NCBI RefSeq assembly: GCF_009834535.1
Contig: NC_045697.1
Span: 38,690,001 to 38,754,000, forward strand
DNA: 64,000 bases
Origin: Camelus ferus
Lineage: Eukaryota
Reading direction: 5' to 3'
Numbering within the stretch: position 1 is the stretch's first letter; each line of letters starts with the position of its first letter. Positions 1-13,410 of this stretch are shown one piece after another. A program made the position numbers and the translations under genes. A model generated the notes under the pieces. The model saw only the letters and a program-made list of their open reading frames with translations, made no database searches and was not told the origin of the DNA.

Positions 1-679
1 GTAATAGCAGTTGCCTCTTCTTACATTTTAGAAATCCAAAGATGAGAATATATTCAAATTATTTTATAAATAAAAAATATTAAATGAACTTAAAGATTTC
101 ACCACAAAGTAAATGTCACACAGAGCAAAAGAAACTGCCAGGCTACAATGGGCCAACTTATGTTAGAGCTAGTACACTCTCAAGTCCACAAAATAATCCC
201 CCAAATCAAAAACACAGTAGAAGCTGTGCCATAGTCACTTGTGGATACTTAAAAAATAGAGACTATGACCCCAACAAAAGACCTAATATATCCCAGATGG
301 AGCCTACCCTGCCGATCAAGAAGCTCAAGCTGGAACCTCTATACAGTGGAAATTGGGTTATGTAACAGATCATGTTTTTATAGAAAAAGCAGGGGTTTCT
401 TTCAATTTTCATAACCAGAATAGAAGTTATAATAGAGTTGGCTAAAAACTGGTAACATTTTCAAATTGGGGAAAGAGGATGGCAAAATTAAAACAATGTT
501 TGGATAGAATCTTTTATATCTGGTATAGCATCATTTAAAAATTAAGAAACCCATGGCTTGACAATGAAAACAGAACTAGTTTTCAATACGAGCTGAATGA
601 TGTTTAAAATTTTACTTCAGTTGTTACCACATACTACACCTTTGAGAAAGATAAGTAAAACAGAAACAGAAATTCTTAC

Positions 680-811
680 CTGTTCTCCAAAGTGAGTAAA
701 GCAGAGTAAATTCCCATCTACACAGCCAATGCAAATATACTGTAGGCAACACCGTGGGGAAGAAAAGAGTGGCTTTCCACATGAATATTCCCAAACTCTG
801 TTCCCAGTAGC
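680..811 (-). CDS. AASDH: AASDH exon 14 (ATGNRVWEYSCGKPLFSSP...HFGEQ)
   Basis: AG at 813-812, GT at 679-678, 132 nt, phase 0-0. Confidence 0.92.
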
Positions 812-3800
812 CTGTCACGGGCAAAAAGCAATTAATAGCATTTAAATCATTCTATTAATCAATTATTCTTTATAAAAAAAAAACTCATAAATCTCCTAGT
901 GGTAAAGCTAGAAACATCAGAAAATGCTACAATGGCATGCTGACATTATAAATAAAGCTAGTACACATATACACAGCTATAAAATTAATAAGTATCATTT
1001 ATGAGAGCTCAGATAAAAACAACAATACAACCAGGAAAGAAATAAATAGCACATAAACTCTGTCTTTACAATGGACACAAAGTTCTTGATGGGACTGAGA
1101 ACATTCTGTCAATTAAAAAATTGATAAAAGACATACACAGAACTTAGATTTTCTCATCTTTTTAGACTTCATGTCAATCATTTTTAATGAATTCTGATTC
1201 AGTAACATATGAACTATATCTAATTGAAATCTGCTTCAAATTTTCAGAATTCAAAGCAAAAATTTAAAAATATTAAAGAAAATAACTAATAATATCAATA
1301 ACCACTACTTTATGCCTACAGGATTTATAGCCAGTAAAAGTCCTCCCAGTGTAGCAAAATACAAATGGTGTGGAATCAGGCTCAAACAAGGAGAAGAAAA
1401 AACCGTTCCTCCGCATTTCAACTTCCAAACACACTTCTTTTTCTGCAAATAAGAAAGTAAATTAAAAAAAAAAAAGCAAATTACTGGGCTTCTGCTGGTG
1501 GTTAACATATCCACATATCCTGTCCTTCCTGATCTTATGTCTATTTAGTTAATATGATTTTTATTTTTAGTATAAAAAACATACTCACTGTGGAGAATCA
1601 AGTTAGTATAAAGGAATTGACAAAGACCACCACCCAGAAATAACCACTGTTAATATTTTAGCATTTTCCCTTGTGATCTTTTTAGTGTGTGTACACACAC
1701 ACACACACACACAGTTTAATATACTTGCGATCATTCTGAATATACTTTGTATCTAATTTACCTCACTTATTTTGTAAAACTCTTTAAATATTAATCCCGT
1801 AGGAACATAAAATAATTTCTCTCTCCACCTTATCATTGAAAATTGTTTGGAACTAATTTCTTGTATTATAAACAACTTGGAAATAGACATACTGGTGCAT
1901 ATATTTGTCCATGTTTCTTATTATTTTGCCAGGATAGATTCCTGGAAGAAGAATTTTACTAAATCAAAGGATAAGAAACTGCTATGTAAAGTCAAACTGT
2001 TTTCCTCAGAGGCTTACCTCCCACTGCTCTCATCAGCATTTAATGTTATCATTCTAATCTAATTATCATTTGCTTCTCTATCTCAAAGTTTTAAATTTTC
2101 ATTCCTTTGATTCTTAAAGGCATGAAACATTTAAACATTTACTAGCCATTTCTTCTCTGAGGTCCTGTGCATTTATATCCCTCACTTATTTTTCTCTCTG
2201 GGCCTTTATATTTTTCTTATTAATTTGTATTTGATCTTAATTTCATGTACATTTAAAAATATGAGTTTTAACTGTCACATTTCTTACAAAAGTTTTCCCC
2301 AACTTACTTCTTTTTAATTTTATAATTCTTAAATTTTATGTAATCAGGTCTTACTGATAGTTTTCTTTGTGATACCTCTCAATTGTCAAGATGGTAAATT
2401 CTGAGTTCTTTATATTTCAAGACTCTATGAGTAGTAAATTTATCTTTGAAAATTTGGTAAGAAAGTTAAAAATATCTTACGACTTTGAGGGGTCTTAAGA
2501 TATGTCTTAATCTTTCCATGTGACAAACTTGGGAAAGTTAATACTTGCTCCCTAGTCAACACCACCTGACAGTCTCACACTCTTCTATCAACATTTATGG
2601 TATGAAATTGATGAAGTGATTTCTTACATAAATATCCAAAGCATATGCATGCTGGTCATGAGATCCAATGTAAAGAAGTCCTGTGGTTGGATCCATAGTT
2701 GCTGAGCTTTTGACAGCATCCTCAGTAGTAAACATCCAGTATTGTTCTCCACTATTACTTTTCAAAACATAAACTAGCCCATTGTAACAGCCTGTTGGGA
2801 AATAAAATATAAAAGATGAGATATAGATATGTCACTGGAAAATAATTCTTTGGCCTAAATCATGGTAATATATATATTCGATGTTCTTCACGTGTACTTG
2901 GGCTCTGTTTGGCTCAGATTTGCATTTCAGCAAAGCAGAAATTGAACGGTAATCAATTGTGTAGAAACCTATTTAGCAGGTATAACCTAAATTTTAAAAG
3001 TACTATAAAGCGCTTCACTATTGAGAAAACAATGAACAGAAAGCATGATGCAGCAGAAAGAGGATTTAACAGACCTAGAGTCAGATCTCCTCATAGACAT
3101 CCTTTGAGCAAATTACCCAGCATCACTGGGCCTCAGATTATTTTTCTGCTGAATGTGGGTACATCTACATCCAGGGTTATTGTGATAATTGGGATAAATG
3201 CCTAGCACATAAAAGGTGTTCAAGAAATGCTAACATTAACAGGAGCCAATGTTTATTGACCTTTCATCTCGTGAAGGGTAACTACTCTAAGAATCTGATA
3301 TGTATTAACTCATGTAATCCTCACAGTGAAGTGCTACTGTATGCACATTTTATAGATGATAAAACTGAAGCACAGAGAGTTAAGCTACAAGAGGGTTAAG
3401 GGCAAAACTACTCAGCTAATGAGTGGCAGAGCCAGGATTTGAGTCTGAGAAGTCAAGCTCCAGAGCCTATTCTCCAAACAACTATACCAGACTGGTTTTT
3501 CTAAACTGCTGCTATGCATGAGAAGACAGGGTGGGAGCCCCTGACGTGGTGTAGCCAAAATAACCCACATACAAGTAGGAGTGGTCAAAATCTACAAAGT
3601 AAAGACCACTCAAGTTTCTGGACTGCATGTAAATCTGGGGAAGTGGGATTTGGGCATTGGGCCACCACTCTAGGCAGCTCTGCCTATGATTATAACCAGT
3701 GCTGCTCACTTGAGGCCCCATTTCCAGAATACGTTCTGTGCTTTTTTCTGGCAGTTACTGCTTAGTAGCAAGACAGCGTCTACTTAGTGATGGTGAAGAC

Positions 3801-6800
3801 AAATGTCCTACATAGTGCAGCACACCAGCACTCAACTGGGTAACGAAAAACTTCTTTCAGTTCAGCTCCAGAAGAAAAATCTTTGTGACTTTGGGTTAGG
3901 CCAAGATTTCTCAAATATGACATCAAAAGCATGATCCATAAAAGAAAAAAATAAAGTGGACCTCGATGAAATAAAAAAAAAAACTCTTCATAATACACTG
4001 TTAAGAGAATTAAAAAACAAGCCACAAACTAGAAGAAAGCGTGCAAAACATACATCTGATAAAGCACTTGTATCCAGAATACATAAAGAATTCTCAAAAC
4101 TCAGTAAGAAAAGAAACATAACAATAAAAAAAGGGCAAAAGATCTGAACAGACACTTCATAAAAGATGTACAGATGGCAAATAAGCTCATAAAAAGAGGT
4201 AAAACATCACTAGTCACCAGGGAAATAAAATTAAAACCACAATGAGATACTACTCCATAACTAAATAGTTAAAATCTTTTAAAAATTTAACTGACAATAC
4301 AAAGTGCTGACAAGGCTGTGGAGCAACTGGACCTCTCATACATTGATGGTGGAATGCAAAGTAGTTCACCTACTTTGGAAAACAGTTTGGCTATTTCTTA
4401 TAGTTAAACCTACACTTAACATACAACCTCCCTTTCCTAGATATTGAGCTAAGTGAAATAAATACTTACATTCACACAAAATCCTACTAACAGATAGCAG
4501 TCTTACTCAAAATTACCAAACCCCAGAAATAACCCAAATGTAAGTGGATAAATAAACTGTGGTACATCCACACAATGGAATACTCAGCAAAATAAACTAC
4601 TGATGCATGCAATAAAATGGAATGAATCTCCAACATAGTATACTAAGTAAATGAAGTCAGACTCAAAGCTACATACCGCATGATTTCATTTATATGACTT
4701 TTTGGAAAGAGTAAAATTATAGGGACAGAAAATAGATCAGTGGTTGGGGGAAGGAGTAAGAATTGGAATGACTATAAAGCACAGGAATTTTTTGGATTAA
4801 TGAACTCCTGATTGTTGTAGTGGTAACATGACAGTATGCATCTGTCAAAACAGAGTCAACTGTATACTAAAAAGGGTGACTTTTACTGTATATAAATTAA
4901 AATTTTTAAATTTTTTATTAATATAAGTGACCATCATGTACCACAGGCTTTGGGTCTAGACACCTGGGATGCAAACAGTAATCTCAATGAGCTGACTTTC
5001 ATGGATAGGGATTACTCATGATTACTCACATATGTAATTGAAAGTTTCCTGTACTATAATTTTCAAAGTGTAGGTGTTCAATAGGGAAGGATCAAACTCA
5101 GATTCAAGTAGATCTCAGCCAGGATAACATAAGTAGAGAGATACATTTCTAAGCACTTCGTCTGAAAAGCTTTGGTGAACAGATTCCATGAACACTCAAG
5201 TGAAGCTTAATGTAGTTTGAAGGGCAAAAGGAGAGTGGTAGTCAAGGAGAAATTATACCTGGACCCCCATATCTCTGTAAAGTAAAAAGTCATCTACACC
5301 TTAACAAAACTGAGTAGCAGGCAGTAGCTAACACTTAATGAGCCCTTAGTCTGTGTCTAGCAATGTATTAAAGGATTCGTAAGCAATTATCTCATTTAAT
5401 CCTCTCAAAAGCTCTATGATTATTGTGGTGGTTTTAAAATACGTCCACAAATTCTTTGATATTCTTCCTTTCAAGAGGTGGAGCCTAATTCCCCTCCCCT
5501 TAGGTGTGGGCCAGCCTTAACAGAATAAAGCAGAAGTGACGGCATACAATTTTGGACACTAAGTCATAAAAGTACTGCATTCCTCCTTACTTACTCTCTG
5601 AGATCACTCCCTCTCAGGAAAGTTACCTGCCACGTTGTGAGTGCATTCAAGCAGCCTATGGAGAAGGCCACATGGCAAGACACTGAAGCTTCCTCCCAAG
5701 AACCAGCAAAGAGCTGAAGTCTTCTGTTAGCACCAATGTGAGTGAGCCATCTTGGAAGCAGATTTTTCCAGCTCAAGTCAAGCCTTTAGACAGTTGCAGC
5801 CACATGAGAGACCCTGAGCCAGAACTTTCAGCTAAGCTCCTCCTGAATTCCTGACCCACAGATACTGAGATAATAAATGTTTAATACTTTATGCTATTAA
5901 GTTTGGGGATAATTTGTGAAGCAGCACCATCTTTTATATATTATGCCCATATCCTCATGAGAGAAATGAAGTTCCAAGAAGTTAAGCAACTTATTGAAAG
6001 TCACAGAGCTGGTAATGGCTTTGAAGTTAGGGCCAAATCCAGAAACTGTGACCCAAGGCTCACATCGTGAATCAGCATACAGTTAACTATTATTCCTTGA
6101 CAGCAACCAAACCTACCATACATAGGTTTAATTTAAATTGGTCCTACTAGCATTTTCACATGGTAATTAAATTTAACTCTATAAACCTCAAATTCAGAAA
6201 CTTACCCACTACAACAAAGTTTCCACACTTAGATACACATGCTGAGGATTCAATTCGATCTCCCAAAGTCTGTTCCCATTTCACTTTCCCAGAGTAAAGG
6301 TCAACTGCCATCATTCTGTGAGAATGGGAGCCAATGTACACAGTCGCAGATGACTTATCAACAGCTGGTATTACAACCAGAGGAGAAGCATCCACACATT
6401 TGCCTGTGTCTGACCTCCACCTCACACGAAACTCCATTTTCTCAGCCCCCATCACAGGTGTTTCCTCTTCAGGAACGTCTGCAATACAGGATGGATCTTT
6501 TGATGTCCCAATAAGAGCTGGAGGATTTAAGCTTTTCATATTTTGAATATTAGTTTGTGAAATTAAATCAGAAGAATAGGCTGAAGGGCAATGTTCCAAC
6601 GTAGTTAAAAACCTAGTAGTATTCAGAGACAAAATTTGACTCCCTCTGCTTAGTGCCATAAAAGCATTTATCTCACTGTCACAATTTAAAGACATGACAG
6701 ATTCCTGACGTAAAGATTTTCCATTGTTTTCCTCTTGATTAACATCATTCAGTTTTCTTTTTGTAGCATAATTCTTGCTAAATGTCAGATCTTCATCTGG

Positions 6801-9800
6801 AAACACTGTCTGAAGGATGTGATTGTAAATCTCTAAAACAGAACTGCTAAGAATAATTTCCAGAAGCCCAGGTACTGATGTGCCAACAAGGTTTTCAATC
6901 TCACTGAGGAGCCGTATGGACTTCAAGGAATCTCCACCACTATTTAAGAAGAGTGACTCATTAGGAACTTTCAGAGGATCTTCTGAGAAATTCAGAACAG
7001 ACTACGGATTAGAGAAGAAATATGGTGAAGTTAAAGGCCTAAAACCAGAAGAATTCAGCATTTACAGATAATATATAGATGACAGTACCTACATTAATGA
7101 GATGAACATAAGACACACAAAATAAATATTTTTAATAATTAAAATAAACTTTAAAATTATTTTCTGTATAGTAAAGAAGACCATCATTATGCTACCAATT
7201 TTGTCACAAACTTACCCAGAATTGCAAACTATACTTTCCTTTTGAGCAATTTTTTTACCCATACAATAGGGAGTGGAATTATAAAGACATCTGATTTACT
7301 AATTATAAAGCCTACAAGATGCTAATATCTGATATTTCTATAATATGGGAACAATTATCATCATCAACTTCACATAAATCAAAATTATTTCCAAGAATCT
7401 AAAAAAGAAGTAGGTAAGACTTTTATCTAGATATCCTCTATTTTCAGATGAGACTATATAATTACATCCTCTTTTTAGAATACTTTAGAAAATTCCGTAT
7501 TTTATCAAAGAAAAATTATATTGAACCTATCAACCATAGATAATAAAAAATATATATTTCGAAATAAATTTTAATTATATATAAATTGTTGTACATATAT
7601 CAATTATACATATATATGTATGTATGTATATACATATCTCAATTCCCTTAAGCAGAAACATATGTGCTGTTATTGACAGTTCTTCTGGAATAATGGTGTT
7701 AAGACTATTCCACGGACAGTGGTATAGCAAGATGTGGCATATTTTCTTAACTCTGACAAGTGCTACTGCACTCCACTGCTCCTCTTAGGGAAAAGTTATG
7801 TCAAGATAGGTTTTGTCTACTTGTGCCTTTTATGACTACCTCACTTCCAATAAATTTCTATACGGGGAGCTTAATCTAATTATACAGTAGAGAAACTAAC
7901 TCTTACTTTAATACAAATTGAATAAATGAAGCTATACTACTTAACATCTGGACAGCAGTAACATTCTTAGAAAATTTTATCAGGCTTATTAGGATGCTAT
8001 CATTCCCTGAAAATACACAATGACCTCCTTATAATAACAAATTTGTATCTTAGAAGTTGTACCTTGGGGGAGGGTACAGCTCAAGCGGTAGAGCGCATGC
8101 TTAGCATGCATGAGGTCCTGAGTTCAATCCCTGGTACCTCCTCTAAAAATTAATAAATTACCTCCCCGGCCCCTACCCCCCAAAAAATAAAAAAAGTTGT
8201 ACCTTCCACAAATGCTGTAATTTTTCCCACAGTTCATCTTTGCCATTGAGCTTCCATTCAGACTTTAAGTTTATGTAGTTAAAATAAATCTTATTTAACT
8301 CAGAAACATCAATTTTGCCTTAAAATTTAAAAAAATAACAATTTTAAAATTTCAACTTGAACCCTTCATATCTTCGTTAGTCACAATGCACACATTTCTC
8401 ACTGTAAAGGTTAGAAATACTACAGAATAGTTTGTCTCAGACAATCACTAATACAGAAAGCAGTGCCATGCTACCGAGAATGTAGTGGGTAACAGATAAG
8501 AAAGCAGAGGCTAACATTGATCTCATTTAAAGAGTTACAGAAATGGTACTATTAACTGAGCAAGTACGGCATTTTGAAATAAATATTAAATAAAGATGAA
8601 ATTGGGAAGGTAACAGAATATGGTGATTACACTTGATCTTAGCCAAAAGGCCGAGAAGCGATCAGAATATGGTGATTAAGAGCACGTGTTTTGAAGTCAC
8701 ACAGTCCTAGACAGAATTCCAACTCTACTACTAACTAGCAATGTGATTTGGGGAAATTTATTAACTTCTTATGCCTTATTTTCACATCAGTAAATGGGAA
8801 TAATACCACCTATTCACAGGATTTTCTGGAGATAAAATTAGTTATACAAAGCATTTGACAGAAGGCCTACCACAATACATATTAGCATTACTTATAAGGA
8901 CTTAAGTAGCCTTTAAACTAGTTATGAATACAGTTAGTATCATTTGGCACCGAAACAGCTGCATCAAACTATTTTACCGTGAGATGTAAGTGGTAGAGAA
9001 TCAATCAACACAAGCTCATCCGGGATTGCATGACTTGGAAGATACTTCTGCAGTTCTTTAAAGATACAATCCTTTACTAAATCCTTTTTGGACACCATGA
9101 ACAGAATTAATTTTTCCTGATTATACCATGTAACTGCACAAGACTCCACTTCTGGAAGACCTTCAGCAATCTATAAAAGAGATTATCCCAATTTGCCAGT
9201 GAGGACATTTTTAAAAACAAACTTCCTAAATGCTCAAACTTACCATGTCTGAAATCAACACAGTCAAATTAAATTCTGGAATACACTAGAGACTTTTTAA
9301 AAGAACTGTCTGCTGCTATCACTATTACCAGCACACAGGGTTCTTAATGTTTTCCAAAATAATAGACCCTACAGCAAAATAAACCAATTTATTTTCACAG
9401 TTATCAAAATCTATTTTGTTACTTATTTCAAAGACAACTCTCTCTTCATGTTGAGAATGAAGTGCAAAATGAATTATCCATATCTTCTATTGTAATTGAT
9501 CACTAAAACAAAAATCATGGTTTAAACAATATTTATAGATACTTATAGAGAACCCTGGCACAGAAAACTAGTGATAGCTGCCTCAAAAATCTACAGATAT
9601 TAATAGATATTTAATATTTAAATAGTTCTACCTGTTGCACAAGTTCAACATTAAGACGTTTGCCATGACGTTTGATCTGACTGTCCTTTCGTCCCAAGAA
9701 AAATATCTCTCCATCTTTCACAGTCACAAAGTCTCCTGTAGCCCGCATTGTGCCAAGTGGTACTGTCACTTCATCATCGAGAAAACACACTCTATATCTG

Positions 9801-12800
9801 CCACCTTCACAAGATATAACCAGCAATAAAAAAAATAATAAAAAATTCACAGAAAATATAATAAAATCATCAAATCAAAACATCTCCAAAAGTTCAGTTA
9901 CTAAGGTTCAAAGTTTGAATAGTTATATAAAAAAGGGGACTCACTTTTAAATGTTATCTAATAAAATTGCACGTAATAGTAACCTTGGTAAAACTGCAAA
10001 GAGATAATACAAAATTTATTTCTAAAAACATATATGTGATTAAAAACATTAGAATACTAATTAAATAGAATTTTGGCTATAAATAGAAATATAAAGATCC
10101 AAGTTACAGTTTCTAAATTACTTTTACATTTTTCCTCAGTGTATTAGACATTGTTATCTGAAATAATTAAGGTAACATTAAATGTTTCATGACTATAAGA
10201 ATGAGATTAAAAACTACCATCGCCAAAAAGAATACTAGACTTAAGAAAAATTGGGGAAAGAATAAAATTAACCCATCAGATCTTTTTTCTTCAAAAAAAA
10301 ATTATTCCCAGTCAACAAATATATAACAACCTAAAAATACTTGGCCAATGCCTTCTTGAATTGTGAAACCATTAGTATCTCTGACTTCAATTACTGTTCC
10401 AAGCAGTGGAAATCCCAGCTGTACAGGCAATTCACATCTATGAAAACACAACAACCCAAACCAGATTTAAAATTTTTCATTTGAATAGAGTATTTCCCAA
10501 TGTATTTAAATCACACTGAACCAAATAAAGAAAAAAAAATGTTTTGCTATGCTACAATTCAAAGACTGCTAAGAGTTAAAGGTTAGGTGGAAAGGCTATC
10601 GTGTTATTTATTGCTGTTTAGTTACAAAAAGTTCTAGCAGGATCTGTAGCACCAGTTATAAGGAAGGTTCTGAATTCCCAGCTTAAAATTCAAGATAAAA
10701 TATTTGTGTTTCTAAAATAATTACCCCAGTCCCTATAAAAAACAATATTTGTATTAAGATACTAGAAAAATACAGTTTCTCTCTACCTAATTTAGTAACT
10801 GAAACCCTTACTTACTTCAAAGTAGAGTTAAGAATCTTCTCTGGAATTCTGTAAAAAGTTGCCCAACTTGACACCTCTGTAATACCATAAACATTAAAAA
10901 TTTGAGTTTTATTGCCTACTTCTCTCCAGCTTTTGAGAGCAGTTAACGATGGAAATGCTTCACCACCAAGGGCTAATACTCGAAGGGAAGTATTGGCTGA
11001 TAAAACAGTTGACTTGATAAGCTGAGATCCAAATCTTCTAAGCAGTGTCGGTGTTGCCTACAGATATATTAAAAACAAATTATTTCTTTCTCTTCACTTC
11101 TTTAAAAAAATGAACAATGTAATGATTAGTTCAAAGCTTAACAATGAGAGTTCACATGGAAATTAAGGCTGTGTTTACTAAATGGCAAATCATATTTGAA
11201 AAACTACTGAAGCAGCATTATCTTTTTAATGTGGATATAAATTTTGCTTTAGCAAAAAACTTAAGCAAAATATTGTTTCATTATAGTTTAGACAAAGAAA
11301 CTTAAAGATCAAAAGGACAAAATCCATAAATCAATTTACATTTCCTTTTCCATTATTTCTATGTAAACAAAGTATATAAAAGGGTTAAAAAAAGTGCCTA
11401 AACAAAACAAAGTGAATAAAGATTTAAAAAAAAACCTCTATCGAGATAATATAATTGATATACAATAAACTACAAATACTTAAGAGTGTACAATGCAAAT
11501 TTTGAGATATAAGATTGGTGAAACCATCCCCTCAATCCAGATAATGTATGTATCCTTCAACCCTAAAATCACTTATGTACTATTTGTACTTCTTCTCTCC
11601 AACTGGACCCCTTCTCTAGACAACCACTGATCTATTTTCTGTCACTAATGATCAGCTGACATTTTCTACAATTTTATAAGAATAGAATCATACAATATGT
11701 ATCCTGTTTTGACCTGGCTTCTTTTACTCTATGCTGAGTAAAAATACTTTATGGTTCATGTTGTACGTATCAATAGCTCACTCTTCTTTGTCCTAGTCTG
11801 TTCAGGCTACTAAAAGAAAACACTATAGACTAGGTAGGTTATAGACAACAGAAATGTATTCCTCACAGTTCTTAGAGGACGGAGGTCCAAGACTGGGGTG
11901 CCAGGCTTCAGATTTCTTGCTGTGTCTTCACAGGGTGGAAGAGGCTAAGGATCTCTGTGGGCTCCTTTTTTACAAGGGCACTAAATCCCATTCATGAGGG
12001 CTCCAATCTCATGACCTAAGCATTCCCAAAGGACCCATATGAATTTTGGGAGGACATAAACACTCAGACCATAGGACTTTTTATTCCATTGTACAGATCA
12101 GGACTAGCTTTTGCATTCCCATGTAAAATTTAGGATCACCTTGTCAATTTCTGCTCCAAAAAAGTCTACCAGGATTTTGATAGGGACTATGTTTAATTTA
12201 TAGACCAATTTGAGGAGAACTGCAATCTTGACAATATTGAGACTTCCAATTAATAAACATGAAATGTGTCTTCATTTATTTAGCTCTTTAATTTCTATCA
12301 ACAATGCCCTGTAGGCTTTCATTGTACAAGCCTCGTTCATCTTTAAATTTATTCCTATTTTAGATACTATTGTGAATATAACTATTTTCTTAATTTCATT
12401 TTTGTTTTTTCCCATTATGTAGAAATATAGTTGATTTTGCATATTGCTCTTGTATCCTCCAACCTTGCTAAAACTTGTTTATTAGTTCTAGTAGCTCCCC
12501 CATGTTGTCTGCAAATAGAGATTTTTACTTTTTCCTGTCCAATGTGGATGCTTAATTTCTTTCTTCCTTTTTGCCTTACTGCACTGGCTGGAACAACCAG
12601 AATAATGTTGAAGAGAAGTGAAAAAGCGAACATCCTTGCCTTGTTCCTAATCTTAGGGTGAAAGCATTCAGTCTTTCATCCAATAATGATGTTAGCTGTG
12701 GCCTTTTTGTAGATGTCCTTCATCATATTGGGGAAGTTCCCTTCTACTCGTGGTTTGTTGAGTTTTTTTTTTAATCACTGATGTTGGATTACACAAAATA

Positions 12801-13368
12801 ATTTTTCTGCATTTGTTGACATAATTACATATTTTTTGTCCATTATTCTTCATGTAGTGTATAGCATCAATGGATTTTTGGATGTTAAATCAAATGTGCA
12901 TTCCTGGGACAAATCCCACTTACTCACATTTGATGAAATAAAACTATTTTTAAGGACAAAAAGAAAAAAATTTTTTAAACATAAAATTCACTCTCTGCCC
13001 ATTTTGGCTCCAATACCCACCCCTTTTAGTGTGTAATGTGCACCTGCATTCTACATTAACCAGACCTCCTTAGAAGACACAGGAACACCTGCTTGAGATT
13101 GTGCTAAAACATTAAGCAAGGAGATCAGACTTAGAGAGGTATAATTCACTAATCTGACATAGAAGGAAAGTCTCTTTTCCTTTAGTAACCATCACTCAAA
13201 TCTAGGTACTTTGCAAATATTTCCTGAATTTTATAAGAAAGTAAAACTTATATTAAAATCTTAGCCAGATTCACAGAATACTTCACCAACAGATGAGAAT
13301 TTATACCACTGATACCCAGGAAGACACACTCCTATACACATTTTATTTACATATACATATACATAGAT

Positions 13369-13410
<42 letters not shown>

